From Candidatus Multivorans sp. (GTDB lineage: Bacteria; Acidobacteriota; Thermoanaerobaculia; Multivoradales; Multivoraceae): 64,000 bases of DNA. Position numbers and translations under genes: made by a program. Positions within the stretch are counted from its first letter, which is position 1, and each line of letters starts with the position of its first letter. Positions 18,603 to 28,463 of the stretch are shown one piece after another. The notes beneath the pieces were generated by a model, which saw nothing but the letters and a program-made list of their open reading frames with translations, was not told the origin of the DNA and did not search any database. The stretch spans positions 2,304,001-2,368,000 of the forward strand of contig OZ251997.1 of NCBI GenBank assembly GCA_965247095.1. The letters are read 5' to 3'.

Positions 18603-18800
18603 AACAAGATCTGCATAACTGACGCTCGCTTATGCTGGAGTTATGAGGATCTTCTTCTTCTGGATCTTGGGAAAAACAAGATCCTCATAACTTCCTCCAA
18701 AAGAACGCTCCGTTATGAGGATCTTGTTTTGCGGGATTGCCGGAGCAACAAGATCCACATAACTCCCCCATAAGGATGCTCGAGTTATGGGGATCTTTGT
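18603..18800. repeat. Array of six alternately inverted 18-bp repeats (AACAAGATCCTCATAACT) with 18-bp spacers
   Basis: Repeats start at 18603, 18639, 18675, 18711, 18747 and 18783, an exact 36-bp phase. Confidence 0.92.
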
Positions 18801-18834
18801 TGCTTGTCGTTCCTCGGCACGCCAACAGGCCGCC

Positions 18835-20430
18835 TCACTCGACGCCCGCCCGAACGTACCGCGTGCCGCGCCGCTCGCCGCGACGTTCCAGGCGGCCGCT
18901 CGCAACGAGCCGCGCAAGCACGGCCAGCGCCTGCGGGCGGCTAAGTCTCGTCCGTTCCCGCAGGATCGCGTTGGTCACCGGGGTCTTTCGCGCCATCTTC
19001 AGCACGAGGGCGTCAACCTCCGCGACGCTGAGGTGTGCGTGGCTCCGTTCCAGGTCGCTGCTGATCCGGTACGCGGCGCCGCCGCGCACACCCTCCTGCA
19101 CCAGCAGGCCCGCGTCGCGAAGCCGCTGGAGTACGCCGCGGGAAGCAAGCGCATCGACGCCGAGGATGTCCCTTGCCCGCGCGTTGGTCAGCCGCTCCCC
19201 GCGCGCCGCAACCACCAACAGGAGACGATCCTTGGGCTGCAACTCGCCCTGCTGCTCGAGTTCATGGACCCAGGCTCTCTCCTCCTTCGTCACCGTCGCT
19301 TCCAGCCACAGGGTGACGGCTACCGACCGACCGGCGCCCGGTTCCGAGAACTCGGGCGACCGCAGCAGGTTCGCCGCCATCTCGTCCTCCATCACGTCGA
19401 CACCGCGCCCGGCGTCTTCGGCCAAGCCGAATCGCCGGAGAGCAGCAATCACGGCCTGATTCCGCGCCGCGTTCTGCTCACGCATGTTCTCGATCGTCAC
19501 CGGCTCCGGCAGCCCGCCAGGAGAGGTGACGATCACGCAGTTCGGTCGAATCTCGACCCGCACGGAGGCGCCATGCACCTCGTAGGAGCGGTGCGCGACA
19601 GCGTTGGCGATCGCCTCTCGCACAACCTTCTCGGGTAGGCGCGAAAGCTCGTGCCTGTAGAGGCCGGGCACGACCAAGTCGAAGCCGATCTCCCGCATCA
19701 CGATCTCCGTCGTCCTCTCGACCTGGGTCGGCAACGGGCCGGCAACCTCCTCCCTGCGGTCGTAGGCGTCGCCCTCGTCGCGGTAACGGAAGATCTCGAC
19801 GAGAGCCTTGCCGAGAAACTGCTTCGGCTCGGTCGTCAGGTAGAGCACGCCCGCGACCGTCAACCGACCGTCGTCGGTGGCGAAGCCCTGCTCCCGGAGG
19901 CGATCCTTCAGCCCCTCGTCGCCCCAGCCCCAAACCCGGGCCAATCCACTCAACAGCCCGGTATCGGCTTCCGCAAGCGGGACCGCCGTGTCGGTGCGCT
20001 CGAAGCTCTGCAAGAAACGCGCAGCCACGAGTTCCGACAGGGCGCGGCCGACCAGCGGCCTGTTGGAGGCACCCCTCCGCGCCAATACCCGGCCGTCGGA
20101 AGTCTGGGAGACGCCCTCTTCTCGTCGATGCACCGAGAGGACGACGACCATACGGTCATCGACGCCAAGCTCCTGGATCTCGTAGCGACCCGGATCGTGA
20201 AGATTCGCCACGACCTGGTGCAGCCGTGCATCGCGCTCACCGTTCGGACTCGCGCCCTTGACGCTGCCGTCGTCGCGTACGCCGATCAGGACCACGCCGC
20301 CGTCGGCGTTCGAGAAGGCGACCACGGCCTGACCGATCCTGTCGGCCGACAGGCCCTCCTTGAACTCGACATAGGTGCCTTCGCCGCGCACATCGGCGCC
20401 GAACTCGCGCTCAAACTCGCTAGCGGTCAA
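18835..20430 (-). CDS. Schlafen/AlbA_2 + HATPase_c_4 (RecG C-terminal-like) + tandem wHTH protein
   Basis: EGTYVEFKE, VAFSNADGGVVLIGVRDDG, REAIANAVAHRSY, SPGGLP and AGRGV. Two C-terminal HTH repeats end in GGAAY and RGTRY. TTG start inferred. Confidence 0.88.
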   Translation of the reverse strand: MTASEFEREFGADVRGEGTYVEFKEGLSADRIGQAVVAFSNADGGVVLIGVRDDGSVKGASPNGERDARLHQVVANLHDPGRYEIQELGVDDRMVVVLSVHRREEGVSQTSDGRVLARRGASNRPLVGRALSELVAARFLQSFERTDTAVPLAEADTGLLSGLARVWGWGDEGLKDRLREQGFATDDGRLTVAGVLYLTTEPKQFLGKALVEIFRYRDEGDAYDRREEVAGPLPTQVERTTEIVMREIGFDLVVPGLYRHELSRLPEKVVREAIANAVAHRSYEVHGASVRVEIRPNCVIVTSPGGLPEPVTIENMREQNAARNQAVIAALRRFGLAEDAGRGVDVMEDEMAANLLRSPEFSEPGAGRSVAVTLWLEATVTKEERAWVHELEQQGELQPKDRLLLVVAARGERLTNARARDILGVDALASRGVLQRLRDAGLLVQEGVRGGAAYRISSDLERSHAHLSVAEVDALVLKMARKTPVTNAILRERTRLSRPQALAVLARLVASGRLERRGERRGTRYVRAGVE

Positions 20431-20470
20431 AGAGGACGGTCGAGGCCGTGGGCAACGGGGGTGGAACAGG

Positions 20471-20602
20471 GGATATGACGAACTTCTTCTCGCTCTAGTC
20501 ACGGAATCCAAGTCTGTCATAACTCTCTCGGCCCGTCTCGACACAATCTCAAAAACCCTCACAACTTGGACATATCGGAACGGGAATTACGAGGATCTTG
20601 TC
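20471..20602. repeat. Degenerate second array of the same 18-bp repeat
   Basis: Copies at 20471, 20507, 20549 and 20585 with 3-6 mismatches. Two of the three spacers are again 18 bp. Confidence 0.65.
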
Positions 20603-20610
20603 CTAGGAGG

Positions 20611-20697
20611 GTGCGCGGCAGAAACTGGGTGCGCCGGCGCCCCCGCCGGCTTCTGAGAGACACGCGCCGCGAAGCGGCGACGACACTGCCGCGCTAG
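20611..20697 (-). repeat. Palindromic mini-element related to 28275..28365
   Basis: Begins ctagcgcggcag on the - strand. Terminal IR gcgcggcag/ctgccgcgc and internal GC hairpins. Confidence 0.5.
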
Positions 20698-20844
20698 CCC
20701 CGCCAGGAGAACACCGTCGCTTCGCCCCGGCCGGAACGTACCGCGGTTCGGGAGGCTCCCTGTGGCGCCCGGCACGGACCGGTAGGACAAGCGCATGTCC
20801 GGACAGGTTGCTAGGGTTGCGCCCCCAACGACTTAGGAGGCGCC

Positions 20845-21867
20845 ATGCCAGCACCCAAGCCCGGCACGGCCGAGTGGCTTGCCCAGGTCCAGGAAGAAAC
20901 GGTCGATCCCAGCCGGCGGATCGTCGATCCGCACCATCACCTGTGGCGCCGCCCGACCGGCGACTACCTGCTCGAGAATCTGTGGGGCGACACCGAGGCG
21001 GTCGGCGCCGACGGCGAGAGCCACAACATCGAGAAGACGGTGTTCGTCGAGTGCCGGGCCTGCTACCGCGAGGACGGTCCGGAGCACCTGCGGTGCATCG
21101 GTGAGACCGAGTTCGTGGCCGAGATCGCCGCCGCCTCCGCCGAGGGCGACGGCGCCACGATCGCCGGCATCGTCAGCCACGCGAACCTGACCCTGGGCGA
21201 AGGCGTCGCGGAAGTGCTCGACGCGCACGAAGAGGCCGGCAACGGACTGTTCCGCGGCATCCGCCACAGCGGCGCCCGCGACCCGCACCCCGAAGCGCTG
21301 CGCATTGCCGGCCGGGCGCCCGAGGGCCTGTACGCCCGCGACGACTTCCGCCGTGGCATGAAGGTGCTGGGCGACCGCGGCCTGACCTTCGACGCCTGGC
21401 ACTACCACCACCAGAACCGCGACTTCGCCGCCCTGGCGCGCGCCGTGCCGGAAACGACGATGATCCTCGATCACTTCGGCACGCCCCTCGGCGTCGGCCC
21501 CTACGCCGACAAGCGAGACGAGATCTTCGAGCGCTGGAAGCGCGACATCGCGGAGATCGCGGAATGCCCGAACGTGGTCGCCAAGATCGGTGGCCTGGCG
21601 ATGCCGGACAACGGCTTCGGCTGGAACGAGCGCGCCACGCCGGCCACGTCCGATGAACTCGTCGCCGCCCAGCGCCGCTACTACCTGCACACGATCGAGT
21701 GCTTCGGTCCCGAGCGCTGCATGTTCGAGAGCAACTTCCCGGTCGACAAGCTCTCGATCCCCTACCACGCGATGGCCAACGGCCTGAAGAAGATTGCGGC
21801 CGAGTTCACAGACGACGAGCAGGACGCGATGTTCTACCGCACGGCAGAGCGGGTCTACTCGTTGTGA
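20845..21867 (+). CDS. Amidohydrolase_2-family protein
   Basis: DPHHHLW, ILDHFG and RCMFESNFPVD. aggagg RBS. Confidence 0.92.
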   Translation: MPAPKPGTAEWLAQVQEETVDPSRRIVDPHHHLWRRPTGDYLLENLWGDTEAVGADGESHNIEKTVFVECRACYREDGPEHLRCIGETEFVAEIAAASAEGDGATIAGIVSHANLTLGEGVAEVLDAHEEAGNGLFRGIRHSGARDPHPEALRIAGRAPEGLYARDDFRRGMKVLGDRGLTFDAWHYHHQNRDFAALARAVPETTMILDHFGTPLGVGPYADKRDEIFERWKRDIAEIAECPNVVAKIGGLAMPDNGFGWNERATPATSDELVAAQRRYYLHTIECFGPERCMFESNFPVDKLSIPYHAMANGLKKIAAEFTDDEQDAMFYRTAERVYSL

Positions 21868-23306
21868 AGCCACTCCAGGCTGCCGTCTGCGGCCTTCTGG
21901 CCGCTACGTGCGCCTGGAGCCAGACTCAGGAGCCGGCCGCAGGCGAGCCGCCGGCACGGCGCTGGACCACTCTCGAACGGCTTTCCCTGGAACGGCTCGC
22001 GGCCGCTCACGCCGATGTCCAACGGCTGCGCGAGGCGGTTCGACCGCCGGCGCCGCTCCCCGCGCTCAACGACTTCCGCGGCATCTTCCACGCTCACGCC
22101 GGCGACTCGGCTCACACCGCCGGCACACCGGAGGAGATCCTCCGCGACGCAAGGCGCATCGGCGTCGACGTGATCTTTCTCTCCGACCACCACCGGCCAC
22201 CCCAGGACTTCATGGACAGTTGGCGCGGCATCCATGACGGCGTCCTGTTCGTCCCCGGCTCGGAGGCGCACGGCTTCCTGATCCACCCCGAGGCTTCGGT
22301 CGCCGCGCACATGGACAGTGACGCCGCGAGCCTGCTGCGCGAGGTCAATCGAGGCGCCGGCATGGCCTTCCTGTCCCACATCGAGGAGCGGGTCGATCAT
22401 CCGATGGACGGCTTGACCGGCATGGAGATCTACAACCGCCATGCCGACGCGCTCGACGACGGCGATTCGATGCGCGCCCTGGTCGCCTGGATCATCGACC
22501 CGGACCAATCGCGCACCCTCGCCCAGTCTGTCGAACTCTACCCCGAGGAGGTGTTCGGCGCCCAGTTCGACTACCCCGCCCTGTACCTGGAGAAGTGGGA
22601 CCGCGAAACCGCCCGGCGCCAGGTCGTCGGCGTCAACGCGAGCGACTGCCACCACAACCAGGTCTTCGTCGTGATCAAGGTCGACGACAACTCCGTCCGC
22701 GTCGGCACGATCGTCGACGACCCCGACGAGATGACGGTCTTCCACGCCGACGACTGGCCGCGACTCCCCGAACTCGTCCGCGGCCACCAACCCGGAGACA
22801 CCGTCGGCCGCTACGATCTCGACCCGTACTGGGTCTCGATGCGGAACTCGACCACCCACATCCTGGCCACGGAACTCACCGAGGAGGCAATCCGCTCCGC
22901 CGTCGCCGCCGGCCACGTCTACGTCGCGCACGATTGGCTGGCCGATCCGACGGGCTTCTCCTTCTACGTCGCAGAAGGGGAAGCACCGGCCGACTCACAG
23001 ACGCCACGGCCCATCGCCATCATGGGCGACGAGTGGACCCGGAAAGCCGGAGCCGAGGCCTACCTGAGAGCACACTTTCCCCTCCCGGTCTACATCCGCC
23101 TCCTCCGCAACCGTAACGAAGTCGCCGCCACCGAAGCACGATCGTTCGAACATCGCCTCGATCAGCCCGGCGTCTACAGGATCGAAGCCTGGCTCGAAGT
23201 CGACGGCGAGTGGCGAACCTGGATCTACTCGAATCCGGTGTACGTCAGTCAAGGCCCGCCCTTCTTGCACGCACGAGCACCTGCTCCCGCCGTTGGCCTT
23301 CGGTAG
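21864..23306 (+). CDS. Secreted PHP-like metallohydrolase
   Basis: GTGA overlap, signal peptide, FHAHAGDSAH, LSDH, SDCH and WIYSNPVYV. Confidence 0.8.
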   Translation: MKPLQAAVCGLLAATCAWSQTQEPAAGEPPARRWTTLERLSLERLAAAHADVQRLREAVRPPAPLPALNDFRGIFHAHAGDSAHTAGTPEEILRDARRIGVDVIFLSDHHRPPQDFMDSWRGIHDGVLFVPGSEAHGFLIHPEASVAAHMDSDAASLLREVNRGAGMAFLSHIEERVDHPMDGLTGMEIYNRHADALDDGDSMRALVAWIIDPDQSRTLAQSVELYPEEVFGAQFDYPALYLEKWDRETARRQVVGVNASDCHHNQVFVVIKVDDNSVRVGTIVDDPDEMTVFHADDWPRLPELVRGHQPGDTVGRYDLDPYWVSMRNSTTHILATELTEEAIRSAVAAGHVYVAHDWLADPTGFSFYVAEGEAPADSQTPRPIAIMGDEWTRKAGAEAYLRAHFPLPVYIRLLRNRNEVAATEARSFEHRLDQPGVYRIEAWLEVDGEWRTWIYSNPVYVSQGPPFLHARAPAPAVGLR

Positions 23307-23940
23307 CCAGAGGCAGAGGCTCCAGTGCCGCGATCGCTTCGCCTCTCTCCGACTGGCTGACCTGCCACTGATCGCACTGGTTCTGAAGTCCCAACCAGAA
23401 GTCGGCACCTACCCAGGTCACGCGTTCCATACGCAACGCGAAGTCTGCAGTGACGGCCTCTTCACCTCGTAGGACCGCGCGTAACAACACCGTGGAAACA
23501 CCGAGGCGTTCGGCGAACTCCTCTTCGGTTAACCCCAACCCCTCCAGAAACAACTTGCCAAGCAACCCGCCCGGATGGGGTGGCGGACCGGCTGGCCGTT
23601 CGCACCGCCGGCTCGCTCGAACCGGCACCCCGACCGTTCGGCCTTCCTTGCCGGCAAGCTCCAACGGTTCGGGCGCTCCGGCACCGACGGCATAGGCGTA
23701 GACCTCCAGCGGATGTTGCCGCCATCGCTTCCGGGGCAGGTAGAACAAGCCCAGGATCAGGTAGCACAGGTAGTACGGCAGCACCCAACACCGCCGGCAC
23801 TGGTACCAGTGGTAGTGCTCATGCGCGACTGTTGCTGGTGTCCTTCGCCCCCGCCGGTACAGGATGAACGGCCAGAGCATGATCACTGCGATCCAAGGCG
23901 GAACGAACCGCGTCTCGATCTCGATGGGCTTCCGAAACAC
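23245..23940 (-). CDS. HExxH small domain fused to a HigA-type HTH antitoxin
   Basis: LWPFI..AHEHYHWYQ..LEVYAY N-terminus, then HPGGLL..FAERLGVS..VTADFALRM..DFWLGLQ. Confidence 0.65.
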   Translation of the reverse strand: MFRKPIEIETRFVPPWIAVIMLWPFILYRRGRRTPATVAHEHYHWYQCRRCWVLPYYLCYLILGLFYLPRKRWRQHPLEVYAYAVGAGAPEPLELAGKEGRTVGVPVRASRRCERPAGPPPHPGGLLGKLFLEGLGLTEEEFAERLGVSTVLLRAVLRGEEAVTADFALRMERVTWVGADFWLGLQNQCDQWQVSQSERGEAIAALEPLPLATEGQRREQVLVRARRAGLD

Positions 23941-23998
23941 AGCATCCCCCCGCGTCTGCGTTCATGATCCGTTCTGTCGTCCTTACCGCCTCAAGAAT

Positions 23999-25918
23999 CT
24001 ATAACAGAGAAGACCGGAGGCCGGGGCAAGCCGCCGGCATCCGACAGCCTCTCTCTACGTGCGCCGGCCTTCTGGCCGGCGTCCGCCCAGTCCCAACCGC
24101 GTTCCACTGCACCGGTACTTCGCCGTACCTCGTGCGGATGTATTTCTCCGTGTCGTCGGCCGAGAGCTTCACGGTTCCGGGGCCGCTGCGCACGAAGAAG
24201 TCGCCACCTGCTGTGGTCTCGATGCCCTTCCAAGCGAGATAGACCGGCTCCGGACTGCGACGACAACTCACGACACACACGCTCTCGCCGTCGACGATCT
24301 GCATCTTGGGATCGATGCAGGTGCCGGCACGGTCTCCGAGACCGTTACGAACCACCTGGGCGAGGTGGCGCATGAATTTGTCGTCGTTGTCGAGACGGTC
24401 ATGGTCGATGCCCACAATCGACCCGTCGTCCGCCACGCCGAGCAACAGATCGCCGCCCTCGGTATTGAGGAAGGCGGCAATCGTCTTCAGGGCGGCGTGG
24501 GTGATGCGCGCGTCGTCCTTGCGGTCCTCCCTGAGGTTCCAGCGCAGCGTGGACTTGAACTCCAGGGTTGCCGATTCACCGCCCTTGATCAGCTCTACGG
24601 CGCTGCGGTGGCCGCGGAGATAGAGGTCAAAGAGGTAGTTCTTGAGGGGCGCCCCCAAAACGCGGTCGTCCGTGATGCGCTTGTAGAGATCGAAGTTCAA
24701 ATCGACGATCTCCTGAATCGCCTGATCGACCTTGTGGTCGAAGGTCAACCGGACGTTGTCGCGGGTGTTCACTCGCGCGGCGGCGTCCAGCCCGGCGTCG
24801 TCTTCGAGCCTTCCCATCATCTGGCCGAGGGTGAGGCGGCTGTCATCACCGAGATCGATCCCGAAGCGGTCGTTCAGCTCGGCGACAATTCGCGACAGCA
24901 TCTCTATCTCTTCCTCTGCCTGCTTCTGCGGGTCCTTGGCGCGGATGGGGTCGAGCACGCCCGCCCGACGGGAAGGACCGATCTTGCCGCTGCTCGTCTC
25001 CTGGATGCGGTACGACTCCATGTCGATGTTCTGCTGGACCTCGCGCGGCAGTTCCTCCTGATCGACAGTTAGCAGGCGGCGCGCGTACCGCGCAAAGGCG
25101 TACAGCTTCTCCAGATCGGTGTCGGCGAAGGTCAACACCTGGGAAAGAAAGCCATAGAGCCGCACATAGTCGATGAGGCGCCCGCGGAACTCTCTCCGCT
25201 CGTCCTCATGGAGCTCCTTGAACCGCTTGACGACAGGCGCGAGCACTGCATAGAGCCGATCCTGTTGGACTCCCTCCTTGAAGTAGGCCGCGGCAAAGGC
25301 GTCGACGTCGGCAGATGTGTACACCGGCACCGACTCGAGGTGCGTCTGGACTTCGTAAAGCAAATTCGGATCGGTCGCTTCCGACAGCAGCGTCGTCTCG
25401 TAGTAGCTTTCGAACGCCTTTCTGATGTCGTCCGCCTCATTGGCGAAGTCGAGCACCATCGTGCCCTGTTTCTCGGGATGGGTGCGATTGAGCCGCGACA
25501 GGGTCTGCACGGCATTCACGCCGCCCAGCATCTTGTCCACGTACATGGTGTGCAGCAGCGGCTGGTCGGGGCCCTCGAAGGTCTTGGCCGTCTGTAGCTC
25601 CGAGAACCCGTTCATGCCGGGCTCGGTGTAGGACTTGCCGCCGTCTTCCACCGTGCCGGAGAAGGCAACCACCGCCTTGAACGGGTAGCCCTGCTCGGCC
25701 ATGTAGGCATCCACGGCCAGCTTTTAGCGCACCGTGTGCAGGCGGGAGCGAGTGACGATCATCGCCTTCGCCTTGCCGCCGATCTGGTTCTGCACCTGCT
25801 TGGCGAAGTGCTCGACCATGATGCGCATCTTGGTGTCGATGGCATGCGGGTGGAGTTCGACGAACGACTTGAGCAGATAGGTGGCCTTGCGCTTGTCGTA
25901 CCGGGGATCGTTCTCGAC
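23999..25918 (-). pseudogene. hsdR: Type I restriction subunit R (C-terminal part) fused to an AlbA_2 domain, truncated
   Basis: KAMIVTRSR, DQPLLHTMYVDK and AVQTLSRLNR. TAA at 25724-25726. The 5' part is cut by the IS. The C-terminus GESATLEFKST..AAFLNTEGGDLLLGV is AlbA-like. Confidence 0.85.
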
Positions 25919-27194
25919 CAGTGCTGTCCCACAAACGGAGGGTCAGGATGGGTCTGAATCGTGCCCTGTCGTATGATTGGTTTTCACACAAAGCCAATGA
26001 CGGCAAGGAGATCCAGACCCATGGCGCACAATGGTACCGTACTCGGTCAGTTCCTCAAGCTGGTGTCGAGACATGAGTTCGAGCGGGAGGCGGGAAGGCA
26101 CCACAGGGGACGCAAGCTGCGCTCGATGAGCCGCTGGAGCCAGTTCGTAGCGATGGCGACGGCCCAGCTTTCCGGGCGGTGCAGCCTGCGCGACATCGTG
26201 TCGAACCTGGACGCGCAGGCTCACAAGCTCTACCACCTTGGCGTGGGCCGGGTGGCCCGGTCGTCGCTGGCGCGCGTCAACGAGAAGCAGCCCTCCGGTC
26301 TCTACGAGGCGTTGTTCGGTCGTTTGCTGGCGCGATGCCGTACGACGGCGCCGGGGCACGGGTTCCGGTTCCACAACAAGCTGTTCTCGCTGGATGCGAC
26401 GTACGTGGACCTGTGCCTGGAGCTGTTTCCGTGGGCGCAGTACCGCACGACGAAGGGGGCGCTGAAGCTCCACGTGGGGCTGGACCACGAAGGCTTTCTG
26501 CCGGCGTTCCTGCAAGTCACGGACGGCAAGGGGTCGGACGTTGAGGTGGCGCGGTCCCTTCGTCTGCCGAAGGGAAGCATCGTCGCTGCGGACCGGCTGT
26601 ACCTCGACTTCGAGTGGCTGAAATCCCTTGATGCACAAGGGGTTTTCCTGGTCACCCGCCTGAAGCGCAAGGTCAAGTACGCGGTTCGGGAGCGGCGCTC
26701 GTTCGCTCGCGGCCGGGGCGTGACGTCGGACCAGACCATCGAGCTGACCAGCGTCAAGGGGCGCAAGCGGTGCCCGATTCCGTTGCGTCGGGTCGGCTAT
26801 CGCGACCCGGAGACGGGCCGGCACTACAAGTTCCTGACCAACAACTTCAGCCTCGCTCCGAAGACCATCGCGGCCATCTACAAGCAGCGTTGGCAGATCG
26901 AGACCTTCTTCAAGTGGATCAAGCAGAACCTGCGCATCAAGAGCTTCGTCGGCGCCTCGCCCAACGCGGTCATGACGCAGATCTGGATCGCCGTGTGCGT
27001 CCATCTCCTGCTCGCCTACCTGAAGTTCGTCAACAAGATGTCCTGGACCATGAGCGAAATCCTGCGCCTTCTGCAACTCAACCTGTTCGACCGAAGATCG
27101 CTGCTGGACCTCTTCGAACCTCCGAGCGGACCACCCGACCCGAACAACACGAGAACTCAACTCGCTCTACTCTGAAGTTTGTGGGACAGCAATG
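25919..27194 (+). mobile_element. IS4-family insertion sequence, 1276 bp
   Basis: 18-bp terminal IRs cagtgctgtcccacaaac / gtttgtgggacagcaatg match at 17/18. No flanking direct repeat. Confidence 0.92.
26021..27175 (+). CDS. IS4-family DDE transposase (DUF4372 + DDE_Tnp_1)
   Basis: SLDAT, KLH, ADRLY and YKQRWQIETFFKWIKQ (YREK motif). aaggag RBS. Confidence 0.95.
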   Translation: MAHNGTVLGQFLKLVSRHEFEREAGRHHRGRKLRSMSRWSQFVAMATAQLSGRCSLRDIVSNLDAQAHKLYHLGVGRVARSSLARVNEKQPSGLYEALFGRLLARCRTTAPGHGFRFHNKLFSLDATYVDLCLELFPWAQYRTTKGALKLHVGLDHEGFLPAFLQVTDGKGSDVEVARSLRLPKGSIVAADRLYLDFEWLKSLDAQGVFLVTRLKRKVKYAVRERRSFARGRGVTSDQTIELTSVKGRKRCPIPLRRVGYRDPETGRHYKFLTNNFSLAPKTIAAIYKQRWQIETFFKWIKQNLRIKSFVGASPNAVMTQIWIAVCVHLLLAYLKFVNKMSWTMSEILRLLQLNLFDRRSLLDLFEPPSGPPDPNNTRTQLALL

Positions 27195-27379
27195 GTTCCT
27201 TTCAGCGCCTCCGTCAAGCGATAGGAATAGCCAAGTAGTCGCCGAAGAACGTCCTGTCTCAACGCCCGTTTGGCGCGTCTTCTGTCGAGGCAACTGATCA
27301 CACACGCGACCGTGACGCCTACGACCAAGCCTGAGATGATCGACGACAGTAACGGGACGACCCACGAGTAGTTTGCCAT
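27195..27379 (-). pseudogene. Membrane-anchored hypothetical protein truncated by the IS
   Basis: aggagagg RBS and N-terminal TM helix. The ORF runs into the right IR of the IS. Confidence 0.6.
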
Positions 27380-27503
27380 GTCCTCTCCTGACTAACTCAA
27401 ACCCAACTGATCGCGACCGCCGGTCACCTCGCCATGCATGCGCATGATGTCAAGCACAGCACTGCCGTGGCGAATCCCCCACCCGAACACAGTCAGCGCT
27501 CCT

Positions 27504-27896
27504 TCATCTAGTCACCGCGCCGACGGCCGCGCCCAGAGCCTGATCGAAGGTCCGAACCTCTCGCACGCCGCGGCGACGACAACTTGCGAGATAGCAAAGA
27601 TCCCGGGCTCCCAGGGCGGGATGCTGTTCGTGGAGCGGCCGCGCCAGGGTCACATCCTCCTCCTCGAGCGGCCACACCTCCACTCGCGCTCTGGAGATTA
27701 GAGCCAGAGCGCGGTCGAGCGTCCGCTATCGCGCCACGGGCAGATAGGCGTGCGCCAACTCTTGGATCACTTCCGCCGAGGTGCACAGCGGCGTCTCGTT
27801 CCGGATGCTCTCCGCAAAGAACTCCCGGGCGGTGTCCCTCAGGGGATGCTGCCGGCCCACCGCGTACATGAAGACGTTCGTGTCGACGAAGATCAC
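27504..27896 (-). pseudogene. vapC: VapC/PIN toxin with internal TAG
   Basis: IFVDTNVFMY..SAEVIQE, TAG at 27726-27728, then the frame continues to ARDLCYLA..TFD. Confidence 0.82.
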
Positions 27897-28168
27897 GTAG
27901 TGGAGGCGCCCCGCCCGCGGGATTCCTCGATCACCGTCAGGTGCTCGCCCCAGTCCGGTTCGGCGCCGGCGCCTTCCAGCTCGTCGCACCGCTGGAAGAA
28001 CTCTTCAAGATCGTCTGCCGACTCGAAGGCTTGAGGACGCTGCTGCGCTGTAAGACGCTGGCGAGCCGCCTTCCTAAGCCACGCGCTCAAGGTCATGCCC
28101 TCCTGCTTAGCCTGGTGGACGAATCTGTCTCGATCATCGTCAGGGATCAGGAGCTGTACTCGGGCCAT
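27893..28168 (-). CDS. VapB-type antitoxin
   Basis: 91 aa, RHH-like N-terminus (GMTLSAWLR), overlaps the PIN gene start. Confidence 0.8.
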   Translation of the reverse strand: MARVQLLIPDDDRDRFVHQAKQEGMTLSAWLRKAARQRLTAQQRPQAFESADDLEEFFQRCDELEGAGAEPDWGEHLTVIEESRGRGASTT

Positions 28169-28274
28169 GTCTCTACCGACTCTTTCGGGATCAGCGTGTG
28201 TATGCACCTTACACACCCCACTTGTGCTCGTCTACCTCCGAACCCCGACAGAGAGAGCACCCGACCGCAAGCTG

Positions 28275-28365
28275 CTAGCGCGGCAGAACTCCCAGAGGCC
28301 GGCGCTTCGCGCCGGATGCGGGCAGGATGCCCGCGTTCCCAGGTCAGATCGTTCTACCGCGCAAG
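28275..28365 (+). repeat. 91-bp mini-element with terminal IRs containing an uninterrupted REP-like unit A
   Basis: ctagcgcggcagaac / gttctaccgcgcaag match at 13/15. Internal ccggatgcgggcaggatgcccgcgttcccagg. Confidence 0.75.
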
Positions 28366-28463
28366 CTGTTAGCACTGCCCGTTCGTCGGCCGACGACCTC
28401 CAGCCTTCTCCGGCGCCACACCGACGCCGCTGCGCCGCCGCACCGGCCCTCCGGCGCAGACCG

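Noticed and set aside
18603-18800. CRISPR array
   Set aside because: The repeats are 18 bp and alternate in orientation, the spacers are short and partly related, and no cas genes are present.
13368-27728. Stop-codon recoding suggested by in-frame TAG/TAA in the VWA, hsdR and vapC genes
   Set aside because: Many intact genes here end in TAG. The VWA and hsdR genes carry other lesions, and both TAA and TAG occur at likely Tyr codons, which fits ordinary decay.
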